Source: Podarcis vaucheri (Eukaryota). Taken from it: a stretch of 64,000 nucleotides of DNA. Position numbers and translations under genes: made by a program. Each line of letters opens with the position of its first letter. Position 1 is the stretch's first letter. The notes under the pieces were generated by a model that saw only the letters and a list, made by a program, of their open reading frames with translations, searched no databases and was not told where the DNA came from. The stretch is taken from assembly GCA_965113315.1 (NCBI GenBank), contig OZ220368.1, one strand, 5' to 3'. Shown here in pieces: positions 26,615 to 39,410 of this stretch.

Positions 26615-27541
26615 ATGGAGTCTGCTTTTGGGGCTGCCCTGGTGTTGATGCTTGTGGCCACGTCGGCCGCCCAGAACGACTGCTTTTGCTCAACGAATAA
26701 CCTGGCGTCTTGCAGTTCGGAATCCGGCAGCTGCATCTGTACGGCACGCGGTTCGAACCAGAGGCTGGACTGTTCAACGCTGACTCCAAAATGTCTGCTG
26801 CTGAAGGCGGAAATAAAAACCAAAAGAGGCAGAAGTTTTCCCAGGCCCGAGCATGGGTTTGTGGACAACGATGGACTTTATAACCCAGAATGTGATGCCA
26901 TGGGCTTCTTCAAAGCCAGGCAGTGCAATCAGACAGATACTTGTTGGTGTGTGAACAGCGCTGGGGTAAGGAGGACGGACAAGGGGGATCTCAACATGAG
27001 GTGCAACGAGCTGGTCAGAACAAGCTGGATCTACATTGAGATGAAGCACAAAGAGCGAAAAACTTCCTTGTCTGAATCAGAAGTGGCAAACAGCTTCCGA
27101 CAGCTCATTGAAAACCGCTATATGCTCCATCCGAAGTTCATCACAGCTGTTGAGTACAAGGAGCCATTAATCCATATCGACCTAAAGCAGAACATTTCGG
27201 ACAAGTCTTACAGAGATGTTGACATTGCAGATGTAGCTTACTACTTTGAAAAAGACATCCAGGGTAAACCCATTTTCCCACCCGATAATATGTTTGGTCT
27301 CTATGTCAATGACGAACCTCTAGATATTGAAGAAATCCTAGTATACTACGTTGATGACAAACCACCAGAGTTCTCTATGCAGCGCCTGACAGCGGGCATC
27401 ATTGCAGTGGTGGTGGTGGTAGTCCTGGCCATTGTTATTGGGATAACTGTGCTCGTGGTTACCAGGAGGCGGAAGACGGGCAAGTATGAGAAGGTTGAGA
27501 TTAAAGAGATGGGAGAAATGCGAAGAGGACAACATGCATAA
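26615..27541 (+). CDS. TACSTD2: Tumor-associated calcium signal transducer 2 (Trop2), intronless, 308 aa
   Basis: Kozak-like tccATGG; signal peptide, Cys-rich N-domain, thyroglobulin type-1 domain (DNDGLYNPEC...CWCVN), TM helix and KYEKVEIKEMGE tail; single exon located between MYSM1 and OMA1. Confidence 0.96.
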   Translation: MESAFGAALVLMLVATSAAQNDCFCSTNNLASCSSESGSCICTARGSNQRLDCSTLTPKCLLLKAEIKTKRGRSFPRPEHGFVDNDGLYNPECDAMGFFKARQCNQTDTCWCVNSAGVRRTDKGDLNMRCNELVRTSWIYIEMKHKERKTSLSESEVANSFRQLIENRYMLHPKFITAVEYKEPLIHIDLKQNISDKSYRDVDIADVAYYFEKDIQGKPIFPPDNMFGLYVNDEPLDIEEILVYYVDDKPPEFSMQRLTAGIIAVVVVVVLAIVIGITVLVVTRRRKTGKYEKVEIKEMGEMRRGQHA

Positions 27542-28218
27542 GTGCCTTAATTTGACTGTAGAACTAAGATTTTGACATGGGCAGAATGGAAAGAAGACGA
27601 CAACATTGCTACCATGTCTTTTGAAGGTGGGGAGGGCACTTGGTTTTCTTTTTTAAATTAATGTTTAATCAAAGATAAAAACAACAGCTTTGTAAAACGT
27701 CCACAATTCCAGATTGGAAAAGTGATTGGGATATAGTTAGCATTTCCCTTTAACTATAGTGTACAATGTGATGATAATAATAATAATAATTTGAGATGAA
27801 TATCAATGTGTTAGGGACAAAATCCCTGTACTGTACCCACTCCTGAACTTTTCCAGATTTGTAGTTTTTTAAGAAAACAATGTTCTGTAGCTACACGGTT
27901 AGTTCAATTTATTTTAACTGCATTTCTACATCTTTTTGGGGTGTGTTTATGTGTAGCTATCCCCCAATCCCCAGCCCTGTTCTCTTTGGCCCATGCTGCT
28001 AAGGTGTGTGTGTTCTGTCTGTGCATTTGAGACGGACTTTCTATTATTAAAAGTGTTGGAAAGGTTCGCTTCTTCCATTTAAACCTGATTGTTTTTTGTC
28101 TCTGATCTAAAATATTTCTTTTGTAAAATAGTAATACCTTCTTAAATGTCAGCGTTTACCATGGAACTGGTGTGTGTCTGTGTGTTTGTGTGTGTGTTTA
28201 TAATGTAATCTTCATTGA

Positions 28219-28224
28219 AATAAA
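28219..28224 (+). terminator. Candidate TACSTD2 polyadenylation signal
   Basis: AATAAA about 680 nt after the stop codon with T/GT-rich sequence downstream. Confidence 0.55.
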
Positions 28225-29139
28225 TTTTCTTAACTTTAATCTGTTGCTAAGTTTCATGCTGTGATTCTAAAGGATTTTTCCTCCCAGCATAGATCAGGCT
28301 GCCTGTGGTCCTTAACTATCTCCTGGTGTTTTAATGTAGGGGTAAGCTTTTTCTGTCCTTGCTGAATTCCAGCTCTGGGAAAACTACTTGCCAGTCATGT
28401 ATTGGGTGGTGTGATATAATCAAACCATTGCCAGCCATTGCCATTTCTTGGAAAGTATCATCCGTTTTCATCTGGTGACAGCAGCTGCTGGTAGTAAGTG
28501 CACTGCTTGCTATCTAATCTTTGCCATCACAGTCTAGCTGGCAAGAAACCCCTGAAAACCTCTCTACTGTTTTAATAGACCTAAAATGACTCAGTACAAC
28601 ATAGTTGCATATGCTATAGAGTGTACTCCTCTTGTTAACTAACTTGTCCAGGCAAAATAGGATCTTTCATGCTATTGTGACACTATAGATAGGTCATCTT
28701 AGCCACAAAGCCTCTCCCCCAAAGCAGTAAGTCACTACAAGCTATTAAAATTGTCATTACAAACTATGGTAGTCGTTACAGGCCACCACAATCTTTGCAC
28801 CATAATCTGTAACCACTGCTGCTGAATGAACAAGCATTCCTCCATATAGCTGTGAGTCACATATAGCTGTAAGCACAATGTTCCTTCGTTGTAGAGGCTG
28901 TCAAGTCAGAGGTACCCAAGTGATCTTAGAGCTTCTTTAAGATGTTCTGCAGAAAGGTTGCAGAATAGTTGAGAACATCTGTACTTGGTCCTGCTCTTAT
29001 TTTTTTCTTTTTTTCTGACAACAGATATCAAGTCTATTTTGAGCAGGGACAGAGTTATCAAATAAGCCAAAAATGCCTAGGGCCCATGGTTTTCATAATG
29101 TGGGTGGCAATGTTGCGAACATACAGAATACTCCTATTT

Positions 29140-29475
29140 CACTCCCCCAACAAGCAAGTGGGAGCAATGAACCTTGGTTTAGTGTTATGTCCAAACCAGG
29201 GATTGTGGTTTGTTTTGTTCCAAACAAACCATGACCATGATTTGAAGCCAAGGTTTGCTATTTACTCACCAATTGCAGTTTATACATTTTGTTCAGAATT
29301 TTATTTTGTTCAGAATTTTGTTCAGAATTTTATTTTTGTTTTAAAATATATTCTTTGTATGCATCTCTGGATAAGATCAAATAACACCCCTGATACACAA
29401 AACAAACCACAATCCCTGGATGGGACATAACATTAAACCAAGGATTGTGCTCCTGCTTACTAGCAGGGAGGACTA
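29140..29475. mobile_element. Old MITE with long inverted arms
   Basis: ccttggtttagtgttatgtcc..ccagggattgtggtttgtttt versus aaacaaaccacaatccctgg..ggacataacattaaaccaagg; related AAACCATGGTT-type repeats near 33900, 45400, 59350 and 60500. Confidence 0.6.
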
Positions 29476-32400
29476 AAGTAATCTGAATGTTCATGGTAAA
29501 CTATTGGCCATGTGACTTACTATGAATTGTAAATGTAGCCAATGTATCCAATGGCTAATGAGTAAGAAAACAAGTGCAAGTAATCATAATTGTTTCAAAA
29601 AAGCAGAAAAAAATAATTGAGATTTGATGGGTTAGGAGAAGACTTTTGTTTCTGTGTGAGAGAGTAGACTAGGCCATACATAGCTACAGATGTATCAAAG
29701 TTTCTATAATTAATTAACCCCATCTAAAAGTGGATGGGCTTTGGTATTTCTGTGTATGCCGTCAAGACTCAGTTGTATGCGCTGCTAGGGGATAGAGAAA
29801 GCTCAGAGGTCATAAATGGGGAGGGATACAGTATATGCCAGCAATTAATCAAAAGAACAGAAAGATTAATTGCAGCAAGACATGCAGAGAACATCTCTGG
29901 CCATATGCCATTCTAGCTGGCATAAAGACGCAGGAAGAAACTGACTTTGACAAACTCCACGTCCTTTCTGAGTCAGGTTGCATTCCTTTCTTGCAATTTC
30001 AACCTTCTCACCACTCCTACTTTTCCTCCTTTACCTACCTGTGGCTGTTATTATCACATTCATTTTTAACTGGGACCTTGTGATGACTACCAGTGTTTTA
30101 CCAATAATGTTCAAAGAGGTCTTTTAATTTCTTGGGAAGTGCATGAAAGGGAATCATAGACTGTGAGCAAATTCAACTTACCCTTTCAATATGCTGAGTT
30201 GTAGACCGACTTCAATCCATACTTTAGTGAGTACTCATAGGACAAAGAAGCTATCCAATTACATCATCCACACACCCAGATCAAGTTCATTAGAGATCTT
30301 ATTACAGACTCATTCCAGTGTGCTCTGAAATCAACCCGCAACTTGCTCTCTGATAAATTAATCCATAATAGGCATTGGAAAAGCCAAACCATTTACTGAG
30401 GCAGGAATGCTGATGGATAGCTGAAAGGCCTGGCTAGAGGTGGGTTTGGGGAAAACCACTTTTATTGTATGTTATTAGACAAAAAACCCGAAAATAACAC
30501 TACAGGAGAATCCTAGAAGCTCTCTCCTCGATCTTTAGCCTTAACAACTTTTGTGTACTAGCAACTCTTGCTTTAATAACCTGCCACAGTTCACACTCCT
30601 TGAAATTGTTTATTCTTTTTCACTGAATTCATGGTTAAAACCTCTCTGTTCTGCTTCTACTGTAGTCTTGTGTAGTCGTTTGTGTGAGTGGAAACTGCTC
30701 TTACCAGGACATCATTGGAGGTTGGTTGACTAGGGGGCATGGGGCACTGCCCTCAGCCAGCCCTCTTCACCTGCATCCCTACAGTCCAGGGGGTGACCGG
30801 AGCTGTTAGCTGCCTCTCCTTTAGCCTCAGCTTTGCCCCTATAGAACTCAGCAGGAAGGACAAGGAGGAGATGGGGGGACAAAAGTAGAATTAGTTGACT
30901 ATGACTGAGCCTTCTGTTGGCTTCCCAATTTTACATCCCACCAGTTCCAATAAGCACTAGACATCATCAACAGAACTCCTGTGCATGACAGTTTCTAGCC
31001 TGTCATTCAATTGGGGAGATTTACCACAACACACACACGATTCAGGTTTTGGTGTACCACCTGCCTTTTGAACACTGGCTGTGGGTGTCAAAAACTGAAC
31101 TTGGTGCTAGGCCATGGGTTCACACAATTGGCTGATCACTGGCCAGGATGCAGTGCAGAGGGTTCTCAAATGCTTTTCCGTGGCTACTATACATCCAGTG
31201 GGTCATGTTCTACTTCTCTGATCTATGTCACCCAAAAGCTGCTTTGTCCATGCTTACCCAGTGGGCAACATTCACTTGTTCCACGAATGTGGAGGGTCAG
31301 AACGGTTGCCTCATTAAACATGATCCAGATGTCGCTAGAGCTGAAACCATCCAACAAAAAATATTTCACTTTAATCAGCACATAGTAATAGGTTTTGCAC
31401 CCAGTTTCAGTAATAAGAAAAAATAGTGATGATTGTTTTATTGAAGAATGAAAGCCTCTTTTTGAGGATTATTTAAAGAAATATTATAGTATGAAGAACC
31501 CATGAGCAGGATTTGAACTATGAGCAAAAGAAAGAATTAGAAATTATTGCATTGTGATTATAATATAAGAGACAGAAGATAGGGTGCAGCAAGGGGCCGA
31601 AATAAAAAAGGGGAAGTTGATAAAACAAAAGAAAAAAATTATTATGTATTGGAATGACATGTGAAATTTGTAGAAATTTAATAAACATATTCATGCATTC
31701 TGATGAATTAGAATCTGGCCCACAGAAGTTTGGGCAACAATAAATTTAATAGTTGTTGAGGTGTAAAAAAACTCTGTTGTTTTAGCAGCACAATCATACT
31801 GTATATAAAGTGATCTCACCACATTGGAAATGGTTTTCTTGTCCTTTGACATGCTTAGGAAATATATAGATATATCTAATCACAAGTGCTTTACAAAAAA
31901 GCTAGGTACATGACAGTTGGAACAGTTTAAGTAATTAAATAATCGTGATAAAATACTGATAAACACTACATAATTTATATCTTTGAGTTTTAACCACTTC
32001 TTCAGAGAATGGGTTGTAATATTAACAAATTGCCCCCTCAATTCCCTATTCCTTAATTGGGATGGTTAATACTATTACAGCAATAATCTTTCCCATGCAG
32101 GTACAATTACCCTTTTCAAAGCCTTCCCATTGATCTGTTTCAGGGTTTTGATAAATTTCTAAGTGCCGCAATTACTTCATTTTAATGCTAAAATTAATCT
32201 TGAGATGTTACAATTGCCTATCAGAGCAGGAAGACTTGACTTTCCCAGGTTTTCTATATATATATATATATATTTAAAAATATTGTTGGGCAGCTGGAGC
32301 ACTATTCCTTATGCCGCAGTTTTGCCTCGTTAAAATTTTGCACACGCTGAATAAGCTGACAAGATCCTCATTTTATTTTCATGAAGGTCTTTGCTCCCTG

Positions 32401-34485
32401 AGGGACAATACACTTAGAATCGTACTCCAGTACACTTCACTACCTAGGAAACAATTATGGGGAGACACATGGTTGTTATCTAAATGAGAGGCAGAATGAG
32501 AATGGATTTGTAATCCTCCTCTGAGGTTTTAGAGATGGACCCCAAAAGAACTGGTGACATTTGCTCCCATTATTTCTCAGGCAATTTTTATTTGGAATAA
32601 ACGTCTCTCCCCACTAGACACTTGTGTGTGTGTGTAAAAAAAATGTCTTTTTTTCTCACCGGAAGAAATATGCTGAACAACAGTATAATAATTGGATCTT
32701 TCTAGTAAATGGCCTGTTTGAATGGGGTCTCCAGTGCACAAAGGGTGGGGGGAGGGGAATCCTAGTTCTAATTCTCTCTCTAACCTCTGTCATTCCCTGA
32801 ATATTTACACAGATACAGTACAGTTTCTTTGTACAAGAATGTTAAAATCTGTTAATTCTTTCTGGGGACTATTGAACAATATCTGCAAGCATAAAAAGGT
32901 AGAGAAAAAACAACAAGTTTTCACCTGTCATCTTTTAGTAAGCTATCATACTGGGGGACCTGGCAGCCAGGAAAAGTTTATATTTTAGGTGTATTGTATA
33001 AACAGCACTCCTTGGAGGTAAGGTAAAATTTCATTTGGGCTTGCATTTACAAAAGTCATGCATCTATCATACAAAGGGACTGCAATTGTTTTAGCAACAT
33101 TTTATTCAGCCATTTCAGGGTTTTTCACACATACTCTCCAAATCCGCATTTTGACATCCATAATCCTATGAAATTTTAATTCTGGAATTGCTACACATTT
33201 CAGCAAAATACAATTTCAGCTCCGCCTGCTTTTTTCTGCCTTTTCTAGACACGGTGTTTGGTAGGCAAATCAGGCCTCCTGTTAATGAAATGCAGGTGGT
33301 GTTTTTCTATTTTCTTTTCTCTTTATCTCAGGAGCAAAATGCTCGAAGCATATTTTAAAGGGCTGCTATATTCCTGGATATACCTCAGAGCTTGCCCTTG
33401 GTAAAACCTGTAGCAGCCAAGGTCTAGGTACAATATAAGGTGTCGGGTGTTTTGTATAGAAAATAATTTTAGTTCAATTGTCCAAAGGTTGACCTAAGGC
33501 CAGAGTCTCTTGGGGACTTTATTTTAAAAAGCTCTTTTTGATCCTCTCCTCAAAATAAAAGGTGCTATGTCTTCATTAAAATTCACGAACAGCCACAGCC
33601 TTTAATAACTACTTATGACTTTAGATCTAGCTGCCTATTTAAAGAAAAACAGCACTTACACATTTCTAATTGTATGACTATACATGCCACATTTCTATAT
33701 TAAGAGGTATTCACTATTGGATTTCAATGAAGCTATCCTGTAATTACTCATGCTACATTTGGTGACGACTTCAGAATATTAATATGTAGGATTGCCAGTC
33801 AGGGGTGTTTTAGAAAAGCAGGGTGCATAATGTGAATTCAGTACCATAACATAAGCTTCATACACCCACAATTGACAGAGTGTCTGTGCAGCAGCCATGT
33901 TCGGATGGCAAGCTAAACCATAGTTTAGTGTGACAAGAATGAGTCACAGCAAGCTGAGCCTCTGGCATGTTTGAAATGGCATGTCAGAACCTTTCACTCT
34001 TCCATTAACCACAGTTTAGTGTGTTTCCCTAAACCAAATTGTTGTTCATTTTAACTGTGGTTGTTTAAACAAGCCAACTTCATAGCCCATGGTTTTAAGG
34101 TGCCTTGTTTCAAACGAACCATTATTAACAGCAAACACAGTTGTTTGTTGTTTCTCACAATATGAGAAGCTGGAGCTAAGCCCAAATGGATGTGAATTCC
34201 TCGTAGCCAGGCTGGAAGAGGGGCAAGCCTGAGGCTCACTGTGGCTCGTTCTGGTTTAGCAATTTCCAAAGAAGGATTAGGTATCAATATCTGCAATTGC
34301 CAGGTGATTATGCCAAACTGTCTTTGCTGCCATTTTGAATCTGGCTCTGCCCCATTTTAAGAACATAGGAAGTGCCTGCTTGATCAGGCCAATGGCTCAT
34401 CTAGTTCAGCTTCCTGTTCTCACAGTGGCCAACTATGGGAAAGCCTTAAAGGAGGACATGTGAACAAGAAGTCTCTCAGGGTGGG

Positions 34486-35043
34486 TGTCATACGCCCTGT
34501 GAAGACATCTTGGCAGGGCTGGTCCAAGGGGGATGACGAATGGGAAGAGTGCCTGGCGTTGGGGAGGGGCCAAGTGGTCTGTTGGGAGAAAGCAACACCC
34601 CAGTGGCATTGGATGTTCCAGCTGTGGGAGAGACATCTGATCCAGTCTCCACCCTGCCGTGAAGCTTTTCCCACCTCAAGGAAGGTTTCTGAGCCTAGGT
34701 CGGACCATGAGATGGACACACTGCTCCATCTCTAAGGACATTCCATTGGCCATGATAGCAACAGCAGAGCCAGCCTACTTGCAGGAGTGCCTGCTTGCCT
34801 GCCCAGTCTTTGGTAAGAGAACAACACAAATGACCGCACCTGCCCTGCTCTTCAAAAGGTGGGTCAAGCATGTGTGTCAAGTGTTGAGACATCTTAGCCA
34901 TTCATCTTAGAGCGCTTTTGAACTCCTGACCTGTGTACCTGTAACCTGACCTATTTTTAGACCCTGCAGAGAATTTTGGAATAAAGCCTTTGGCAATAAA
35001 GTTGAAAGTTCAAGTACTGTGTCTCTGAGTGGGAGCCAAAACA
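34486..35043 (+). mobile_element. Solo LTR (558 bp)
   Basis: TG...CA termini; perfect 5-bp TSD GTGGG (34481-34485 and 35044-35048); AATAAA near the 3' end. Confidence 0.8.
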
Positions 35044-37252
35044 GTGGGTCTCAGTAATTTTCAGTTGTCTCTGGTGAGAACTCTGGTATCTGAACCAGGC
35101 CAGTCTGCAAATGTGAAGGTGTGGACTGTGCACATTTAAAAAAGCACATTTAAAAAAATGGCTTCCCCTAAAGAAACCTGGGAGCTGTCATTTAACCCCT
35201 GCAGCTACAATTTCCCAGCACCCTGAACAAATGAGAGTTCCCAGAATTCTTTGGGAGAAGCAATAGGCTTTAATATATGGTGTGGATGCGAGCCTATACT
35301 TGTTTGCCCTGGAGTATGCCCCATTGAGTTCAGTGGAACTTTTCCCCAGAAAGGAGCATATAAGATTCAGCCCGAGTAGTGGGTGCTAAATGAACCAGGG
35401 AGTTTTAGTGTCAGGACTGGCAGCTTGACAGCTGCAGCTAATATTTTATTGCAAGCCTCATAATTTTATGCCACAATTATTTTTTAAGAAACTCAGCTCC
35501 CAGAGCTACTTATTTCAGGTTCATGGGCAATATCTCCTTTCTTGTTTGCAAATGTCATCTTCAAAAGCAATGCATAAATATATCTCTAAATATTCAAAAT
35601 CTCAGTTCCAAATCTGTAGAGTAAACCTGTTCCTTACTGCTCTATAAATATTTCACAGTGGTTTAACATTCTTATTATTTTATGAATACTTAATGAAAGA
35701 TAAGCATTTTTTTGAAAATAGAGGAGCTAATGACTTGTAAGGTTATGCCATCCGTCTGGCTGAAGGGCTGACAGGATGCAAACATGACTTGACAATGGAG
35801 ATAGTGTTGTTTGCTGTTTCCAAGATTCCCTAGAATAACTATCACGGCTTCATATTTCTGAATAAGGCACAGGAGAATGCAACCCACCACCTTCCTTTTA
35901 AGGTGATTTGAGGGCCCTAGTTCAGTTCCCAAAATAGCCCCCCCTTCCTCCCAAAAGGAACAAATGGAATAAATTCTCACAAAATAAGTCTTGTGGTTTA
36001 TTATTACAAAAGCTTTCATGGGCTACAAAAAGTACTTGTGAGTCTGTTCAGCTGCACAATCATCAGCAAACCACAAAGGAAAAGCATTTTCCCAACCCTG
36101 ATAAACAAAAAGAAAACACCATGAGCATGTGGAGTTTCACATTTTAAACTCACTTAACTTGTCCTTGTTTTTGCTCACTTCCTACCTTAGGCTATTCACC
36201 AACTCTCAGCCTAACCTACGTAATAATGGCTGTTGTGAAGATACAGAAGGTGTAATGCAGCTGCAAAAGGGAATTTAGTGCTTGTGTCATTTATTTTGTT
36301 TACATATTTATAAACCATACTTTCCTATGAAAGATCACAAGGTGGCGTTTTGAGTTTGCTCCCAGGTTGGTGGGGGACTGTGGAGAGCAGAGTGATCTGC
36401 TTTCATGAGCCGCTTTGGGCAGGGGTTGGCTGCGCTGCCAAGTTCTCCATGGGGAACTTAGTAGCACAGCTGAACCCGACAGGATCACTCTCATCGCCAG
36501 TGACAAGAAGCCTCCCTTGCTGGGGCACTTTAAGGCTCCTGATTGTGCAAAGGCAGCTGTGTTTCTACCAGCCCCCCTCTTCATGTTGCAGGTGTGGGGC
36601 AGGTGGGCACGGTTTTGGGAAAATGGCTTTGTGCCCCAAACTGGAACCCATGCTGAGCCAAATTAGTCCTCCAGGTCAGAGGTTTCCCACCCCTGAGCTG
36701 AGTGAGCCTAGTGCATCTCTGCTTTCCAGCCCCTCAAAACTTTTCGCAGCTCACTGCTTAGTTCCTTTAATGCCTCCTTAGCTCACAAGTAAACTCTGGT
36801 TCTGTACTGGATGACAGGCCAAGGGCAAGAAAGTATAACTGATGTGCTCCTCCTAGGCTCTAATTACAGTATGCTCTGGACCCTGCAGCCACCAAAAAGT
36901 ACCCTCTTCACACAACAGTCCATTATGGCATAACCTGGCCAACCACTTGTTTGTCTTCCCCTAATTTTGAAATCCAGATGTCCAGAAGAAGAAAATCTCT
37001 CTCTTCCCTTGCAACAGGAAAGGCTGTTGATGAGCCACCTTTTAAAGGTTTCTTCCATTTGATTTCTCTAGTACCCCTGGGCTATGGGAAAGCCACAAGT
37101 GGACATTTATTTCCCAGTGTTACCTAGTTGCATGTAAATGCACTTGCAATACGTGTGTGCCCTTTGAGGATAGTGTAAGTGCCCCAAGACACTTCTGAAC
37201 CATCCATCGCTGGTGTACTAATGGAAGTAGTGGCAGATCCACATCTGGCAAG

Positions 37253-37382
37253 CATGGGCGTAGCCAGGACTTTTGCTGGGGGAGGGGGGCGAAAAACCGA
37301 AGTAATTGGTCAGTTAGTTAACTATTTCTATTGTTTTATTTGATCTGGGGCGCATAGCTGCACCCCCTTGGCTACGCCCATG
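37253..37382. mobile_element. hAT-type MITE
   Basis: TIRs CATGGGCGTAGCCA / TGGCTACGCCCATG; 8-bp TSD CTGGCAAG/CTGACAAG. Confidence 0.8.
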
Positions 37383-37441
37383 CTGACAAGCACATTTAAA
37401 AACCTGGTTCTACACATGCCACCGAATATGGCAAATTTTGT

Positions 37442-37497
37442 GCATTGCAGGGGGTTGGACTGGATGACCCTCGGGATCCCTTCGTTACGATTCTATG
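37442..37497 (+). mobile_element. CR1 3'-terminal stub
   Basis: GGGGTTGGACTGGATGACC...GATTCTATG, typical of a CR1 3' end. Confidence 0.6.
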
Positions 37498-37559
37498 CAT
37501 TCCATCTCTCCGGACTGCCGGTAGGTAGGTGCAGAATCACATCTCTGAATCTCCTCCAC

Positions 37560-38330
37560 GCTCAACTCGCTGACAGTAAACACAGCGGCTGGAGGCGGCC
37601 TTCTCTCGGTCGCGAAACAGGGAAACTCCGCCACCGATTGGCTCCCTCCCCAGCCCGGAAGGAAAGGCAAGCGGCCGCCCCAGCCGTAGAGCGCAGGGGG
37701 AAGAGGCCTGGTGCACGGGGAGGGCGAAGGGCGCGCCTCTCCGCGGCCAAAGGGTCCTAGAGGTCGCCATTGCGTCTTTACGCGCGGCGCCCCTTCTTCT
37801 CTCCAAGGGTCGGGCGGGCGTGGAGTAAGGGGAAAGCGCTGGTATCTCAAGCCCCCCCCCTCCATTACGTCTTCACTTGCTGGAGGGATCGCCAGCCAAC
37901 GGAGCAGGGGATCTTGCTCCTCCCCTCCTCCGCGCCTCGTCTCTGACTTGAGCTTTTGGCAACCTCGCCTCCTCTTCCTGGAACCAGTTTGTTCTGTCGC
38001 GTCTGGTAGGTGACGGGAGTGGCCATGGCGGGGGAAAGGCAACCAGCCTTGTGGACGCACAGCTCCCGCTCCTCTGCAGGCGCGCGTTATAAGGAGGCGC
38101 CCCGCTTGCTCTCTATTGGCTCCGGTTTCCCTGCTTCTGCGTCTTCTTCGGAAGGCGTTTCCCCTTCCTGCCCTCGCAGCGTCTCCTGTTGACGTTGGCC
38201 AAAGAGGCTCAGGTGGCGCAGGGAGGCGGCGGGTCGGTTGCCCCGCGGCTCTTCTGCGCCAAGGGAAACCTGGGTTCTCTCGCATGGCTTGAAGCGCAGG
38301 AGAGAGGGTGTGCGTGTACGTTGCATCGTC
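37560..38330 (+). promoter_or_regulatory. OMA1: CpG island / OMA1 promoter and probable non-coding first exon
   Basis: Only CpG-dense block in the window; reverse CCAAT boxes (~37637, ~38116), YY1-like CGCCAT/ATGGCG, ETS CGGAAG; candidate donors near 38006 and 38213; 2.5 kb upstream of the first coding exon. Confidence 0.8.
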
Positions 38331-38433
38331 TCTCTGGTCCCTCAGGCCTCCACTTTGTGACTGCTTCTGTGGGACAAAGCCACCCAAGTCACAAGGCGAA
38401 CCCCCTGATATGTACTCATATAGCAGATAATAT

Positions 38434-38619
38434 GTTCTTGGTATGAGCTTTCGTGTGCATGCACACTTCTTCAGATACACAGTATATATATTGTGTATCT
38501 GAAGAAGTGTGCATGCACACGAAAGCTCATACCAAGAACTAACTTAGTTGGTCTTTAAGGTGCTACTGGAAGGAATTTTTTTATTTTGACTATGGCAGAC
38601 CAACACGGCTACCTATCTG
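38434..38619 (+). mobile_element. Penelope-like element remnant with inverted partial terminal repeat
   Basis: CTGAAGAAG..GAAAGCTCATACC..TTAGTTGGTCTTTAAGGTGCTACTGG..CAGACCAACACGGCTAC; 48-bp inverted duplicate; flanking near-duplicate TAGCAGATAATATG/TAGCAAATAATATG. Confidence 0.75.
38495..38532 (+). ncRNA. Minimal type-I hammerhead ribozyme motif
   Basis: GUAU-CUGAAGA-A-GUGUGC/GCACAC-GAAA-GC-UC^-AUAC; identical copy on the - strand at 38441-38478. Confidence 0.6.
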
Positions 38620-39219
38620 TAGCAAATAATATGGTTTAGGATTCCCACCTAATCCAGCTGTTCATTGCTGGTTTTAATTAGTAATGGAAATTTGACTTGA
38701 AATTTAAGTGAGAAATGTCTGTTCTATGAGGGAAAGAAGAATGGCTCTACTTCCGGGAAAGAACACCTGCCTGCTCCTCATTTGGCTTGCCCCGGTGCCC
38801 CTTTTTTGACATTTGGATAGTCAGCCTTAGTTAAAGCCTCACCTATTTCGTTGTGTCATTCTCTCCATGCAATTGTCTCTGGGTTTGAATATGAGGGCCA
38901 GATCTTCCCTCACAGGGAGTTGGCTCCTGATATTGAAGGTAGTACAGTACATGAACTTTCATGAGGGTGTTTTCCATGGGACACAAGTGCATTGTTAATG
39001 AATCTGTCCTGGACAGGATAGTGCCCAAGCTTTTGACTTCTCAGGCTAGATTAACCTGGTGCCCTGTAGATTTGGACTGTAACTCCCATCAGTCCCAGCT
39101 ACCACAGCTGTGCTGGCAGTGTTGCGGATGGGAATTGTAGTCTAGAACTTATGGAAGGCACCAGGTTGGAGGAGGCTGGGCTGGATGGTAAACAAAGCAG
39201 GGGGTTAGCTGCTAGTATA

Positions 39220-39410
39220 CTACTTCGTGCTTATAAAGCACTTCAGAGAGCTCAGGGCATTTTACTTGGAATCTCTCAATAATCCTTACAACAACTCTGC
39301 CAGGTAGATCAATATTACTATCTCCATCTTGCAGGTGGAGAATAGGGGGTGAAGATGAGAGATTGTGGCTTGCATAAAGACACCTAGTGATTTAGTGATG
39401 GAGGTGATAT
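39220..39410 (-). mobile_element. Old CORE/MIR-like SINE
   Basis: aatccttacaacaactctgccaggtag..tattactatctccatcttgcaggtggagaa, a MIR-like core. Confidence 0.45.

Noticed and set aside
26232-26648. 138-aa ORF overlapping the TACSTD2 start
   Set aside because: Only GKYEKAE is meaningful, and it belongs to the pseudogene relic; the rest has no coding signature.
37485-38480. 331-aa minus-strand ORF and overlapping ORFs
   Set aside because: Arg/Gly/Pro-rich by-product of the GC-rich CpG island; it starts inside the Penelope palindrome and has no recognisable domain.
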